64,000 nucleotides of DNA, from NCBI GenBank assembly GCA_035221665.1, contig CM069131.1, forward strand, positions 170,004,001 to 170,068,000, in the 5' to 3' direction. This stretch comes from Okamejei kenojei (lineage: Eukaryota). The position numbers and the translations under genes were made by a program. Of this stretch, positions 11,839 to 23,925 are shown in pieces. The notes below the pieces were generated by a model. That model made no database searches. It was not told the DNA's origin and was given only the letters and a program-made list of their open reading frames with translations. The first letter of the stretch is position 1; every line of letters begins with the position of its first letter.

Positions 11839-12753
11839 TTAATTGCTGCCTGTAGGCAGGAAGAAGCAGCACCGCAGTGTGGTCGGATTTACCGAAGTGA
11901 GGGCGAGGGATAGAACGATGGGCATTCTTGATGCTGGTGTAGCAGTGGTCGAGGGTGTTTGGTCCTCTGGTGCAGCAGGGGACAAGTTGGGGAGTAGTTT
12001 TTTTAGGTTCGCCTTATTGAAGTCACCAGCAATGGTGGTAAATGCCTCGGGGTAAGACGTCTGGTGTTTGTTGACCACGGCGTGCAGCTCCTCCAGTGCC
12101 AGACGGATGTCTGCCTGCGGTGGGATGTAGACCGCGTTCAGGATGATGGAGGTGAATTCCCTCGGAAGGTAGAAGGGACAGCACTTCACCGGCAGATGTT
12201 CGAGGTGTGGAGAGCAGGAGTTGGACAGGACTGCCACGTCTGAGCACCACGCAGAGTTGACCATGAGGCAGACGCCCCCTCCTCTCCCTTTCCCAGATGC
12301 CAGTGTACGGTCCATGCGGTGGATGGAGAACCCTTCAGGCTGGACCCCTGAGTCTGGGGAGCTGGGGGTGAGCCATGTCTCTGTGAAACAGAACATAGAG
12401 CATTCCCTCAGCTCCTTTTGATAGAGCAGCCTTGCACTTAAGTCCTCCACTTTATTTTCAAGGCACTGTACATTGGCCAGTAGGATAGTAGGGAGAGGCG
12501 GTCGAAGTCCCCTGCGCTTCAGTCTGACCTGAAGTCCTGCCCGCCGGCCACGTTTCCGGACACAATGGAGGCTTCCCCTTTGTTTCCAGGTACTGGGTTG
12601 ACTGTATCTGCTGTTTCTGCGGACCTGCGCTGGGACAGGGGATTCCTCCACAGACGGCAGCTCCAGCTCCGTAATGAACGGGGGCTCCCTCAGAGTCAGC
12701 AGCTCCAGCTTCATTTTTTCTGGGATATCCAGCCCGTCGGCTCTGGAGGTCAT
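11839..12753 (-). CDS. Rex1/Babar APE endonuclease portion; frameshifts near 11985
   Basis: PPLPTILLANVQCLENK, CFTETWL, GRGGGVC, AVYIPP and IAGDFN. Homology continues in another frame (TRGPNTLDHCY) after ~11985. Confidence 0.8.
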   Translation of the reverse strand: MTSRADGLDIPEKMKLELLTLREPPFITELELPSVEESPVPAQVRRNSRYSQPSTWKQRGSLHCVRKRGRRAGLQVRLKRRGLRPPLPTILLANVQCLENKVEDLSARLLYQKELRECSMFCFTETWLTPSSPDSGVQPEGFSIHRMDRTLASGKGRGGGVCLMVNSAWCSDVAVLSNSCSPHLEHLPVKCCPFYLPREFTSIILNAVYIPPQADIRLALEELHAVVNKHQTSYPEAFTTIAGDFNKANLKKLLPNLSPAAPEDQTPSTTATPASRMPIVLSLALTSVNPTTLRCCFFLPTGSN

Positions 12754-13486
12754 CCCGGGGTTTCCAGGTGCCGTACCTGGGTTCCTCGGGTCGGGTGTTT
12801 CTCAGCCAGCGTGGGAAAGTTTAAAGTCCGGGGCTCCCCGCAGCTGCGGGAGATCGCAAAATTTCCAACGCTTTCAGCTGCCCAAGCAGCCTGTCTGAAA
12901 CGGCACCGATTACTGCCGTTTCCCTGATGCAGGTGAGTTGAGAGAAGTTGTAGGTAATTCTTTTCTGTTCTGGTGCTCTGCAAAGGTCGCCGCAGGCAGG
13001 CGCCATCTTGCACGGAAAATAAAATACCTTTTCCCAGGATGGAAATAACAAATGCTTGTGCACGTAGTTTTAAGGTGAGAGGGCCAATGTTTGAAGGAGA
13101 TGTGCGTGGCAAGTTCTTTTACACAGAGGGTGGTGAGTGCCTGGACCATGCTGCTGGATGGCAGTGAAGGCATATACAATAGTTGCATTTAACAGACTTT
13201 TAGATATGCACAAGAATGTGTATTGAATGGTAAGACATGGATTATATGCAGGTTGATAAGAACATAGAACAGTAGAAAATGACTCTGCTGGCCATGATGC
13301 CTAGCTGAACTGATCCCTTCTGCCTGCACATGATCCATATCCCTCAATTCCCTACATTTCCACGTTTGCTTCTGCAAAGCCTCTTAAATGGCACTATTGT
13401 ATCTGTTGGTTGGTCGGCACCATGTTCGGCACACACATTATGGGCTGAAGGGCCTGTGCCTATGCTGTAATATTCTGTGTTCAAAG

Positions 13487-14105
13487 AACATAGAAACATA
13501 GAAAATAGGTGCAGGAGTAGGCCATTCAGCCCTTCGGGCCTGCACCGCCATTCAATATGATCATGGCTGATCATCAAATTCAGTATCCCGTACCTGCCTT
13601 CTCTCCATACCCCCTGATCCCTTTAGCCACAAGGGCCACATCTAACTCCCTCTTAAATATAGCCAATGAACTGGCCTCAACTACCTTCTGTGGCAGAGAA
13701 TTCCACAGATTCACCACTCTCTGTGTGAAAAATGTTTTTCTCATCTCGGTCCTAAAAGACTTCTCCCTTATCCTTAAACTGTGACCCCTTGTCCTGGACT
13801 TCCCCAACATCGGGAACAATCTTCCTGCATCTAGCCTGTCCAACCCCTTAAGAATTTTGTAAGTTTCTATAAGATTCCCCCCTCAATCTTCTAAATTCTA
13901 GCGAGTACAAGCCAACTCCATCCAGTCTTTCTTCATATGAAAGTCCTGCCATCCCAGGAATCAGTCTGGTGAACCTTCTCTGTATTCCCTCTATGGCAAG
14001 AATATCTTTCCTCAGATTTGGAGACCAAAACTGTGCGCAATACTCCAGGGTGGTCTCACCAAGACCCTGTACAACTGCAGTAGAACCTCCCTGCTCCTAT
14101 ACTCG
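13487..14105 (-). mobile_element. Young CR1 3' end
   Basis: ORF 13580-13843 reads SRTRGHSLRI...FFTQRVVNLWNSLP; (catagaaa)n tail at the left end. Confidence 0.85.
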
Positions 14106-14759
14106 TGGTTAGTGATGATGGGGCCCAGATAATGAGGGCTGAGTTATTCACAACCACATTTAGTCAGAACTGTGACTGATGATTAATGTCTGTTAATGTA
14201 CCTATCTAAAAGAATCTTAACAACCACTATTGCATCTGCCTCCACCACCAAGCCTGGAAGTACATTTCAGGCACCCACCACCCTCTATGTGTGATAAAAA
14301 AACTTGCCCTGCATATTTCATTGCAACTTTGCAATGGCCACTTGCCTTTGATATTTCCACCCTGGGGGAACAAGGCTTTGACTGTCTACCCTGTCTGTGC
14401 CTCTCATAATTTTCTATATTTAAAATTATGAAAAAGTTAATAGTGAGAGTGTTCACTGATGACTGTGCAAGGCTCAATTCTATTCACAGCTCCTCAGTAA
14501 ATTAAGCAGCCCATGCCTACGTGTAGCAACATCCAGTGAACATCCAAGAATGGTTTGATGAAGTGGCAAATAATATTTGTCCCATGAAAGTGCCTGGAAA
14601 TAACTATATGCAACGAGAAAGAGTCTAATTGCCTACACTATGCATTTCAAAGTCATTATCTTTGCCAACTTTTCTACTATCAGTATCCTGGGTCATCACC
14701 ATTACCCAGCAATTCAACTGGACCAAAAAATTGTAGCTACAAGTGCAGGTCATAGGCAA

Positions 14760-15905
14760 TGGGGCCCCAGCACGTAGCAATGTTGAGTTTTAAAAATCAA
14801 GTCTGCAATTTATCCCATCAGATAAAGCATAAAAAGAAGTTTCATTTGACACCTAATTCACTTTCATATCTTCAGAATTAAAAAGGTTATGGCCATTTTC
14901 ATACTCGGAAATTAGCATCTTGTTCCCTATTGCCTTTCCATTGACTTAACACAAAAGTTGTGATTGACGACAGTCAGAAGCCCATAACTTTCTTAAAAAT
15001 TCCATTGACTTAACACAAACGTTGTGATCGAGGACAGTCGAAAGCCCATAACTTTCTTAAAAATTAAGAGAACTGAAAGAAATTTTCAGTTATTATAGAT
15101 TGAAGCATTCTGAAACAAATATGAAACAATCTTACTTGGATGACCTGAAATTAAAGCATATAATTAGTTAGTTACCCAATTGTAGCTAATTACAAAATTC
15201 AATTACTAGATCTAAACATCTATCCATTTCTTAAGAAAATATTAACATTTTTAAAAAGCCTAAGTGTCCAAATAACATTCACACAAGAATTCATAATATA
15301 ACATGATTTTTAAATCTCATTGTCATGAATTTATAGGCCACATTGAAGGTATTTAGTGTTTAATTTCCGTAAATTAATGGCCATTTAAATCAGCTTGCGA
15401 GTGGGATTTTAATGGAACGCGTTCGATTGGAACGTTGTGGTTTGCAGTGAATTTAAACCCCATATCGGCAGTAAAAATACTGGGGAATAAATATGGGGAA
15501 TAAATCAGCGTTTCGCAACATGAAATTTGGATTAAGGTCATCTTAAGAAGCGCGTTTATATGTAAAAATAAACGACTTTCCTTTACCTGTCCCCTACGTA
15601 AAATCCGTCCCCGTTGTCGGCGTTCACGGCATTAGAAGCTAATTTTTTATTTTACTCCAGCGCTGAACTTGTCGGGCGATTTATTTCAAAAAAAAAAAAA
15701 AAATTACACATACCGGCAGTCGGAACGAATCTTCAGCAAAAGCTCGCACCCCGAGAAAATAAAACTCCGGAGGGCAGGGGAAAGCCGCATTTTAACCCCG
15801 TCCCCCCCCCCCCCCCCCCCCCCTCAAAGGCGGCAAAGTCACGCACACGGCCAGTGACAGAACTGCAGCGCCGCTGAAGGTAGGTTTTGTAACATACCTA
15901 CAGCA
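14760..15905. mobile_element. Unclassified non-coding interspersed element (possibly a non-autonomous DNA or rolling-circle element)
   Basis: Abrupt switch to AT-rich and then CpG-retaining sequence. It has an internal 64-bp tandem duplication (14937-15000 and 15001-15064) and a terminal hairpin GTAGGT...ACCTAC near 15879-15901. No ORF with recognisable homology. Confidence 0.4.
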
Positions 15906-16312
15906 TGGGGGGAGCGCCACAAGGAAGGGGGAAGAGGAATAGACAATGGAAGACCCAGCGTGAGGGGACAGCCATTGTGAGGGGGGGGAGGAGAACAAAG
16001 GGGGAACTGGCATGGGGGAGGGGGGGTGGTAAGATTTGTAACTTTGTATCTTGCATACCGTAGCAAGGTTTGCAAACAAAGAATTTCCCTGTGACTTGTC
16101 ACGTGACAAATTATTCAATTCAAAGCTCTCAACCATTTCTACTGTGGCACCATCGATGCTGATTGGAGCTTATTCCCGAGGTTATTAATGCTGAAAGGCA
16201 TTAATTGATTAAAAGTTTATAATTATGTAATGCCTCGATTAAAAACTTTTAAGTTTATAATTATAATAGTTATAAGTTCCTTCCAGTTATGCTGTTTCTT
16301 TTGTCTTTTCAG

Positions 16313-16375
16313 ATTGAACATTCCATGGAAAATTTGCACAAACAGAAGACAATGTTCTACAAGAAAACAATGGAC
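16313..16375 (+). CDS. PSTPIP2: PSTPIP2 internal coding exon (63 nt, phase 0-0), F-BAR: IEHSMENLHKQKTMFYKKTMD
   Basis: ttttgtcttttcAG acceptor and GTAAG donor. Aligns with human PSTPIP2 TELIMDAIHKQKSLQFKKTMD (recalled). Confidence 0.9.
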
Positions 16376-16534
16376 GTAAGAACTTCTTCTTTAGTTCTTA
16401 ATGGGCTTTCCGGAAAGAATTTGAGCAAACTGACAGTTTGCTTGTCCCTTATTGTTAAGTCCGTACAATTACAATTTGTGAATATTTGATAATTTAGAAA
16501 ATGCTTTAAAAACTGAACAGGCCCATAATCATCT

Positions 16535-17800
16535 GACAATAGGTGCAGGAGTAGGCCGTTCGGCCCTTCGAGACAGCACCGCCATTCAATGTGATCATGG
16601 CTGATCATCCCCAATCAGTACCCCATTCCTGCCTTCTCCCCATATCCCTTGACTCCGCTATCTTTAAGAGCCCCATCTAGCTTTCTCTTGAAAGTATCCA
16701 GAGAACCGGCCTCCACTGCCCTTTGAGGCAGAGAATTCCACAGACTCTCAACTCTCTGTGTGAACAAAGTGTTTCCTCATCTCCGTTTTAAATGGCTTAC
16801 CCCTTATTCTTATGTTGTGGCCCCTGGTTCTGGACTCCCCCACCATCGAGAACACATTTCCTGCCTCTAGCATGTCCAAACCCTTAATAATCTTATATGT
16901 TTCAATAAGATTCCCCCTCATCCTTCATAGTATACAAGCCCAGCAGCTCCATTCTCTCAGCATATGACAGTACTGCCATCCCGGGAATTAACCTTGTAAA
17001 TCTACACTGCACTCCCTCAATAGCAAGAATGTCCTTCCTCAAATTAGGGGACCAAAATTGCACACAATACTCCAGATGTAGTCTCACTAGGGTCCTGTAC
17101 AACTGCAGAAGGACCTCTTTGCTCTTATACTCAACTCCTCTTGTTATGGAGGCCAACATGCCATTCACTTTCTTCAGTGCCTGCTGTACCTGCATGCTTA
17201 TTTTCATTGACTGATGAACATGGACCCCCAGATCCGTTGTACTTCCCGTTTTCCCAAATTGACACCATTTAGATAATAATCTGTCTTCCTGTTTTTGCTA
17301 CCAAAGTGGATAACCTCACATTTATTCACATTAAACTGCATCTGCCATGCATCTGCCCACTCACCCAACCTGTCCAAGTCATCCTGCATTCTAATAGCAC
17401 CCCCCTCACAGTTAACACTGCCACCCAGCTTTGTGTCATCTACAAATTTGCTAATGTTACTTTGAATCCCTTCATCTAAATCATTGATGTATATTGTAAA
17501 TAACTGCAGTCCCAGGACCGAGCCTTGTACCCCACTAGTCACTGCCTGCCATTCTGAAAGGGACCCGTTAACCCCTACTCTTTTTTCCCTGTCTGCCAAA
17601 CAAATTTCTATCCATATCAGCGCTCTACCCCCAATATCATCTGCCCTAATTTTGCCCACTAATCTCCTATGTGGGACCTTATCAAATGCTTTCTAAAAGT
17701 CCAGGTACACTACATCCACTGGTTTTCCCTTGTCCATTTTCCCAGTTACATCCTCAAAAAACTCCAGAACATTAGTCAAGCATGATTTCCCCTTCATGAG
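16535..17800 (-). mobile_element. CR1 LINE, RT to 3' end, frameshifted
   Basis: GKSCLTNVLEFFE, VYLDF, SKFVDDTKLGG and [10 protein letters not shown] in successive minus-strand ORFs. Confidence 0.85.
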
Positions 17801-17912
17801 AAAAACAGAAATCATGTTTCCAGAAATCAACCACCCAAAGTAAAACACTTCACACTTGCTTGGGCTAAACTCCATCATTGTTAATTAAGTTTTTCATTTT
17901 CATTCACTGCAG

Positions 17913-18011
17913 TCCAAAAAGACCTACGAGCAGAAATGCAAAGAAAAGGATGAGGTTGAACAGATGTTAAATCGAAGCGCTGGCGTCAGTAACTCCAAAC
18001 AGCAGGAAAAA
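17913..18011 (+). CDS. PSTPIP2: PSTPIP2 coding exon (99 nt, phase 0-0): SKKTYEQKCKEKDEVEQMLNRSAGVSNSKQQEK
   Basis: ttttcattcactgcAG acceptor and GTAAGA donor. Matches human AKKNYEQKCRDKDEAEQAVSRSANLVNPKQQEK. Confidence 0.95.
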
Positions 18012-18494
18012 GTAAGAACGTTTCTCAGCAGCTTCTGAAACGTCCTGTTTCACACCATTTCTGCTGAATGAACGGATGCATTTTGGGTTCGGCTGGCTCT
18101 TTTTTTCACCAATTCCTTTGCTTGCCTTTCTGTGCAGTGATATGCGGTCTACACATGACTGGCTTTGTATTCGGCTCATGTGGAGCGACAAAACCAAAGG
18201 AAGCGAGGTTCTGGTGGTGAGGAAACAAACAACTAGGACAAACATTCATAGCAGCCATGCATACCCCTGGACCGGTTTACATTTAATGATATCTTGCCAG
18301 ACGACCCTGTCCACACGAGTGCACATGAATGGTGCCAGAGGTGTAGTGGAGTCTAGAGGCTTGAGTGCCACACAGAGACAGCGAAGCAGGGTGTCAGTAT
18401 TATGTTAAGGTGTATTTCAGGCGAGTGGCAAGTGTCCCATTGAGGTTGTGCACTGGTGGCAATTACCTTTGTGTTGAAGCGCACTGGATGGTGA

Positions 18495-18805
18495 GGGCAT
18501 TGTTGAGGGAGAACATGGGATGGGGGATTTGTTGAAGAACGCATGGAATGGGGGGCCCTGTTTAGGGGACACATGGGGTGACGGGGGACATGTTGAGGGG
18601 GCGCTTGTGATGACGGGACATGTTGAGGCAGCAAGTAGGGTGGTGAGGATCTGTTGAGGGATGCACGGGGTGAAGGGGACTTGTTGAGGGACATATGGAA
18701 TATTGACTGCCTTCTTAAGGGAGTGCATAGGGTGGAGGGGACTTGTTGAGGGAGTGCACGAGGTGAAGGGGACCTGTTGAGGGATTCACGTGGGGTGAAG
18801 GGTGT
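18495..18805. repeat. Degenerate purine-rich tandem-like repeat (gttgaggg recurring)
   Basis: ttgttgaggg or tgttgaggg recurs about every 22-30 nt with G-rich spacers. Confidence 0.5.
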
Positions 18806-19227
18806 CCGATTTAGTGTCCACTACTTAATGATTCTTGCCAAGGTGGTGCAGCAGGTTCCTGTCAAGGGATTGCTTATTTTGTATCCTCACATGGTCTGGA
18901 GGGGACAGCAATGTATCTCAGCAACACTGTAATTCAGATCAGGCATTATATAATTTCCTCTCAGATTTATACTGTTTATTCAATGGCACCATTTTGTGTT
19001 TTCTGCACAGCTTCGACATATCCTGCTTTGTGAATAGTAAAATCTTTATTTCTCCTTTGCCAACTTTGCACTCAAATGACCCTTTGCTTCTCACTTTTTA
19101 AACTCCTACATTTTCCAGCCATTGGAATGGATTGTATGAAAGTTTGACCCAGCGAGGGGCCAGCTGGTGGAGAGGCTATGTTTGGATAAAATAAATTAAA
19201 AGCAAAACATTGCAGTTGCTGGAAGTC

Positions 19228-19785
19228 CCGGGGAGCCGTGCGCGCGGCGGGAGTGCCCCGGGGAGGCGCTCGCACGGGCCTGATCCACCCGGCAAACAAA
19301 CGTGCCGCCACCGCTGACCAGAACGAAGAACAGAATGTGCCCGGTAGGCCCGACTTGCCCCACAAGCCTTCCAGGTGACTGGAGAAGCCGGGTGGCAAGG
19401 CCTGACTGGGCCAAAGGAGCCTCAGTGGTGCAGCGGGAGACCCGGTGGCGGTCGGGCCTTGCGGTCGATGAGCGTGAGAGGTGCGGAGGAACACAATGGG
19501 GACCCGGCGTGCGGAGACCGCTGAGAGGGATGGTGCGAGATCAAAGGGGGACCCGGGGGGGGGGGGGGGGGGTTGCGTACTCCAGTTTAGAATCCTCTGC
19601 CCAGGGCCTGTGTTCGTTCATTTGTTCTGGTGAAGGCGCTGTGCCCACGGCAGCCAGACGACAGTCGCTTGTCTTTTTCTTTTTGATTTCACTTTTAAGT
19701 TCAGGTTTTTGTGTACCTTGTGTGTTGTGAATGTCAGCAGACCAATTTCCCTTCGGGGATGAGTAAAGTTTTATCGTTATCGTAC
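19228..19785 (+). mobile_element. GC-rich retroelement 3' fragment, family unassigned
   Basis: CpG-rich body ends in aatttcccttcggggatgagtaaagttttatcgttatcg, a stem-loop plus short-repeat tail of LINE type. Confidence 0.45.
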
Positions 19786-19912
19786 ATCTGTGGAGAGAGA
19801 TGTGGAGTTAACGTTTCGGATTTCAAACCCTTCATCAATTGTCCTGGAGAAAATTACATTGTGACTGCTCTGCTCTTTTTAACGACTAATTTGTGCATTT
19901 GTTTTGTTCCAG

Positions 19913-19958
19913 TTGCAGTCGAAGGCAAACCAGAGTAAGCAAAGTGCCGAGGATGCTG
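19913..19958 (+). CDS. PSTPIP2: PSTPIP2 coding exon (46 nt, phase 0-1): LQSKANQSKQSAEDA
   Basis: Branch-like actaat, tttgttttgttccAG acceptor and G|GTGAGT donor. Size and phase join the flanking exons in frame, and it resembles the equivalent PSTPIP1/2 segment. Confidence 0.85.
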
Positions 19959-20241
19959 GTGAGTGTGAACTAACAGTGGGAAGAGGAGAGGGACACAGAG
20001 CAACATGGTGATACTTTATTGTCACATGCCTTGGCTCAGTGGAAATCTTTGTTTTGCATGCATCCATTAAAATCATACTATGGATAAGCACAGTCGCACA
20101 AGTACAAAAGTGTAATAGTAGACTTCACCAAGACAGTACACAGAGTTGCCGTGTTTCTGGCGCCAACAAAGTTTCAAAGTTCTTCGGAGTGCAGTCTTAT
20201 CTTGGCCTTAAAGGCCCATTGTCCTGGCGGCACCGATTCTC

Positions 20242-20242
<1 letters not shown>

Positions 20243-20308
<66 letters not shown>
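20243..20308. repeat. Poly-C homopolymer (66 nt as assembled)
   Basis: Read directly; length probably unreliable. Confidence 0.9.
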
Positions 20309-20311
<3 letters not shown>

Positions 20312-20354
20312 CCACCGCCACCCTGAAAGCCCTCAGCCCTTTGTTGCTTCCGTT

Positions 20355-20710
20355 TAATTTAGTTTATTGCCACGCGTACCGAGGTACAGTGAAAAGCCTC
20401 GTTGCGTGCTAGCCAGCCAGCGGAAAGACAATGCGTGATTAAAATGGAGCCATTTGCAGTGTGCAGATACATAAGGGAATAACGTTTAGTCCAAGGCAAA
20501 GCCAGTAAGGTGCGATCAAAGGTCGCCCAAGGGTCCCTGATGAGGTAGATCACGGTTCAGGACTATTCTCTAGTTGTGATAGGATGGTTCAGTTGCCTGA
20601 TAACAGCTGGGAAGAAACTGTCCCTGAATCTGGAGGTGTGCATTTTCACACTTCTGTACCTTATGCCCGATGGGAGAGGGGAGAAGAGCGAGTGGGCAGG
20701 GTGCGACTCA
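20355..20710 (-). mobile_element. Rex1/Babar-type LINE 3' end and UTR
   Basis: HSLFSPLPSGIRYRSVKMHTSRFRDSFFPAVIRQLN. The same UTR appears at ~3385-3545, ~25420-25650, ~31045-31630 and ~37505-37900. Confidence 0.75.
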
Positions 20711-21064
20711 CAGTCCTCCTCTCCAGATCCCTGTCTTCCTGGGTTGTGCAGGACACGACCAGCCTCAAACGACTCAAAGTGGGTTCCAGGTTCCATGGCG
20801 TGCTGTCGAGGTATGGCCACGACTGGCTGGGAGCCTCTGCCGCCCCACGCGGCTCGCCTGGTGTGTTCTGGGTGTGGCTGAAGAATAAGACCATGTGGAG
20901 TCCCCTGAAGCATCTACGTTGAGATATACCTGATTACTCAATTGAAATGGTTCACACCTGCTGTCTGCAAGCACTGGACATCGGAAACAAACACTCTGCA
21001 GATGGCAGTTTGCAAAAAAAGACACAAAGTGCCCGAGTAACTCAGCGGGCCAAATAACATCTTT

Positions 21065-21345
21065 GGTTTAGTGCGCAAACAGGCCCTTTGGCCCACCAAG
21101 TCTGAGCTGACCAATGATCACCTACACACTAGTTCTATACTACACTGTAATAAAATTTGCAGAAGCCAATTAATCTCCAATCCTGCATGCCTTTGAATGT
21201 GGCAGGAAACCGAAGTATCGGAGGAAACCCATGCGGTCAAAGGGAGAACATGCAAACTCCATAGAGACAGCACACATGGTCAGGATAGATCCCGGGTATC
21301 TGGGGCTGTGAGGTAGCAACCCCACCGCTGCGCCACAGTGCTGTC
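21065..21345 (-). mobile_element. tRNA-derived SINE (HE1-like)
   Basis: Colinear with the 8083-8565 copy; minus-strand head TGGCGCAGCGG. Confidence 0.75.
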
Positions 21346-23717
21346 ACATTGCTCCCCCTCTGAAGTGCAGTGAGCAAAATCATAGCTCATCCAGCCCTTT
21401 GTGTCCTTGTTTTGCAAACCAGCATCTGCAGTTCCTGTGTCTCAGCGTGTGTACTCCAACTGGCCAGAGGCAAGGTAGATGTGAACTTCACTGGTGTCGG
21501 GCACTATGATCTTCACCATTTCTTTGTTTGCTCACATTACATAGTTGAGAGGTCCACGTATCCAACTCATCCCACCACGGCATCATGGCAACAAGTTGCC
21601 TTGATTTGGCCCAAAACTGAGTTTTAGCTTCTCCTTTCTGTCCATGAAGATTTTAGCAACCTCCTCCACTTTCATTTTCCAAATAGGTCGGTTCTCTTCA
21701 TCCTGCTCTCTTGTGAAATGTCACTTTCACATCTGCTCCTTATTCCTGAAAAAAAAGCTGTTTTTATTTTAGTCAGCTCTAGTCTGCGTTTCTGTGCGTT
21801 CCCCTCCCGCGCCCTTTCTGCCCATGTGGCCCTCAGGATAATGAGGCTTTCTCCTACAGTTGAGGGTCATGAGCAGCAGGCGTGGAAGTGAAGCTTGGGT
21901 CAGGATCAAGTCAGCCATAATCTGCAACTAATGATTTGTTGTTCAGAAATTACTTCAGGGTCCAGAGTCTGTTTAAAGAGCACAGGAAAGGGAAATTTAA
22001 GCGATTTCTCCATGGTTGCGTCAAGATTATCTCTGCAGCAAAACTGCAACGGGAGAAGTAGTTGCATTTCCGTGCAGTGGAGAGTTCCAATGATCCGGTA
22101 ACCACAGCTCCAGAAAGCGGTCCTGAGCTACCATCTGCCTCATTGGAGATCCTCAAACTATCTTTAATTGGAATTTACTGGACTTTATCTTGCAGTAAAC
22201 ATTATTGCCTTTATCCGATATCTGCACCTGTGGATGGCTTGACTGTAATCGTGTTTAGTCTTACCGCTGACTGGATAGCATGCAACCATAAAGCTTTTCA
22301 CATTACCTCGGGACTACGTGACAATGAACTACAATCCCGCGCCTCCTTCGGGGTGAGGGAGGAAGCCAGAGCACTCAGAGGAAACCCACGTGGTCACAGT
22401 GAGAACATGCAAACCCCACACAGAGTGCTCCTGAGGTCGGGTTGGAACCGGAGTCTCTGGCGCTATGAGGCAGCAGCCCTGTCGGCTGAGCTGCTGTGCC
22501 AGCCTTTAGCAATCTCATTTCCATCTGAAGAGCTACCAATGCGGCTCAAACTGAAGTGACGCTGAGTACCAGTGCGCTGTCGCTCACTGTGCAACAATCA
22601 CAGGTGCCCTCCAACACTTACTTGTCCAGCAGAAGGGAAAAGATTGAAGAAGGGTGTTTAAGAAGGAACTGCAGATGCTGCAAAATCGAGGGTAGACAAA
22701 AATGCTGGAGAAACTCAGTGGGTGAGGCAGCATCTATGGAGTGAAGGAAATAGGCAACGTTTCGGGTCGAAACCCTTCTTCAGACATCTTTTGAAGAAGG
22801 GCATCTTCCCATCCTCGCGTTCTTTAGTTGCATCGATTGACGTCTGAATCCTAATCTAAAATGGGATGGGGTATTTCTAAAGAGGATGCAGAGCTGGTCA
22901 GATGCATGCAAATACAAAACATACTCAGTTTGCACAGTCATTTGCACATGAGTCCTTGTTTTGCATTTCTGCTTTCCCCTAATTCTTCTTTTAAGAACCA
23001 GACTCTTGACAATAACCCACCCAAAATGTATATTGCAAAACTGTAAATCACTCATTGGAGAGAATAAAAAGCTAAAGGATGGACGTTCATAGTTGAAAAC
23101 GACAGAACAATTTGGATTACTTTCTCAAGACACCAGGTTTCTTCTTAACTCTGAATTTAAATCACCCCTGTCTCCTTGGCCAATCCACTTTTAACTTCAA
23201 GCATCAGAAAGTCACCGTAGGACTACTTGAGTTTGTAGAAGGGTAGGTTTATTTATCTCATAGAAAAAGTGCAGGAGGAATTCAGCGAGTCAGGCAGTCT
23301 GAAAAATGGTTGCCTGTCCCTTGGCTCCACAGATACTGCCTGACCCGCTGAGTAACTCCAGCACTGCAAGTTAGATAAGACTATGAAGTACAAATGGGGA
23401 GCTGTTATCTTGTGAAGGTGTTATTCTAAATGTATATCGTTTTAAATACAAATCAGATCAGGCACAAGTAATGTATGTGAAAGCCTCAAGCACACACTGT
23501 CTACATACAATGATTTTGGATGGGTGCAAGGGACAAGGGACAAATATAGTTTGTGTGTTTAAGCTATTTCTGTCCAAAGAAATATGCAAGCTATGTTCCA
23601 TTAGATCGACCTTAAAGATAGGAAGGTTAAAGCAATAAATATTTGAGGACATAGCTTTAAGGTGAGGGCGGAAGATTTACAGTAAAGGAGATGTGCAAGG
23701 CAAGTATATTTATCCAA

Positions 23718-23925
23718 TAGATAGACACAAAAATGCTGGAGTAAATTAGCGGGACAGACAGCATGTCTGGAGAGAAGGAATGGGTGACGTTTCGGGTCAA
23801 GACTCGAAGATGGATCTCAACCCGAAACGCCACCATTCCTTCTCTCCAGAGATGCTGCCTGTCCCGCTGAGTTTCTGCAGCATTTTGTGTCTGTCTTCGA
23901 TTTAAACTGCAGTTTCTTCCTACAT
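23718..23925. repeat. Inverted (hairpin) pair of Penelope-associated terminal repeats
   Basis: gacacaaaaatgctggag...gacgtttcgggtc followed by its reverse complement cccgaaacg...gcattttgtgtc. Similar hairpins occur at ~24780-24970, ~26060-26350, ~33960-34165, ~45835-46030 and ~58850-58985. Confidence 0.7.

Larger units (their letters stand above)
9697..13012 (-). mobile_element. Near full-length Rex1/Babar non-LTR retrotransposon (APE endonuclease + RT)
   Basis: 5' end begins CAAGATGGCGCC (~13010 on -), followed by an APE ORF, a 656-aa RT ORF and a (tttgac)-like 3' tail at ~9697-9720. CpGs are retained. Confidence 0.9.

Noticed and set aside
21947-22097. Exon-like segment with AG/GT ends, open in the PSTPIP2 phase
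   Set aside because: 151 nt would shift the frame, it has no PSTPIP similarity, and the flanking exons already join to give the conserved sequence. At most a cryptic or poison exon.
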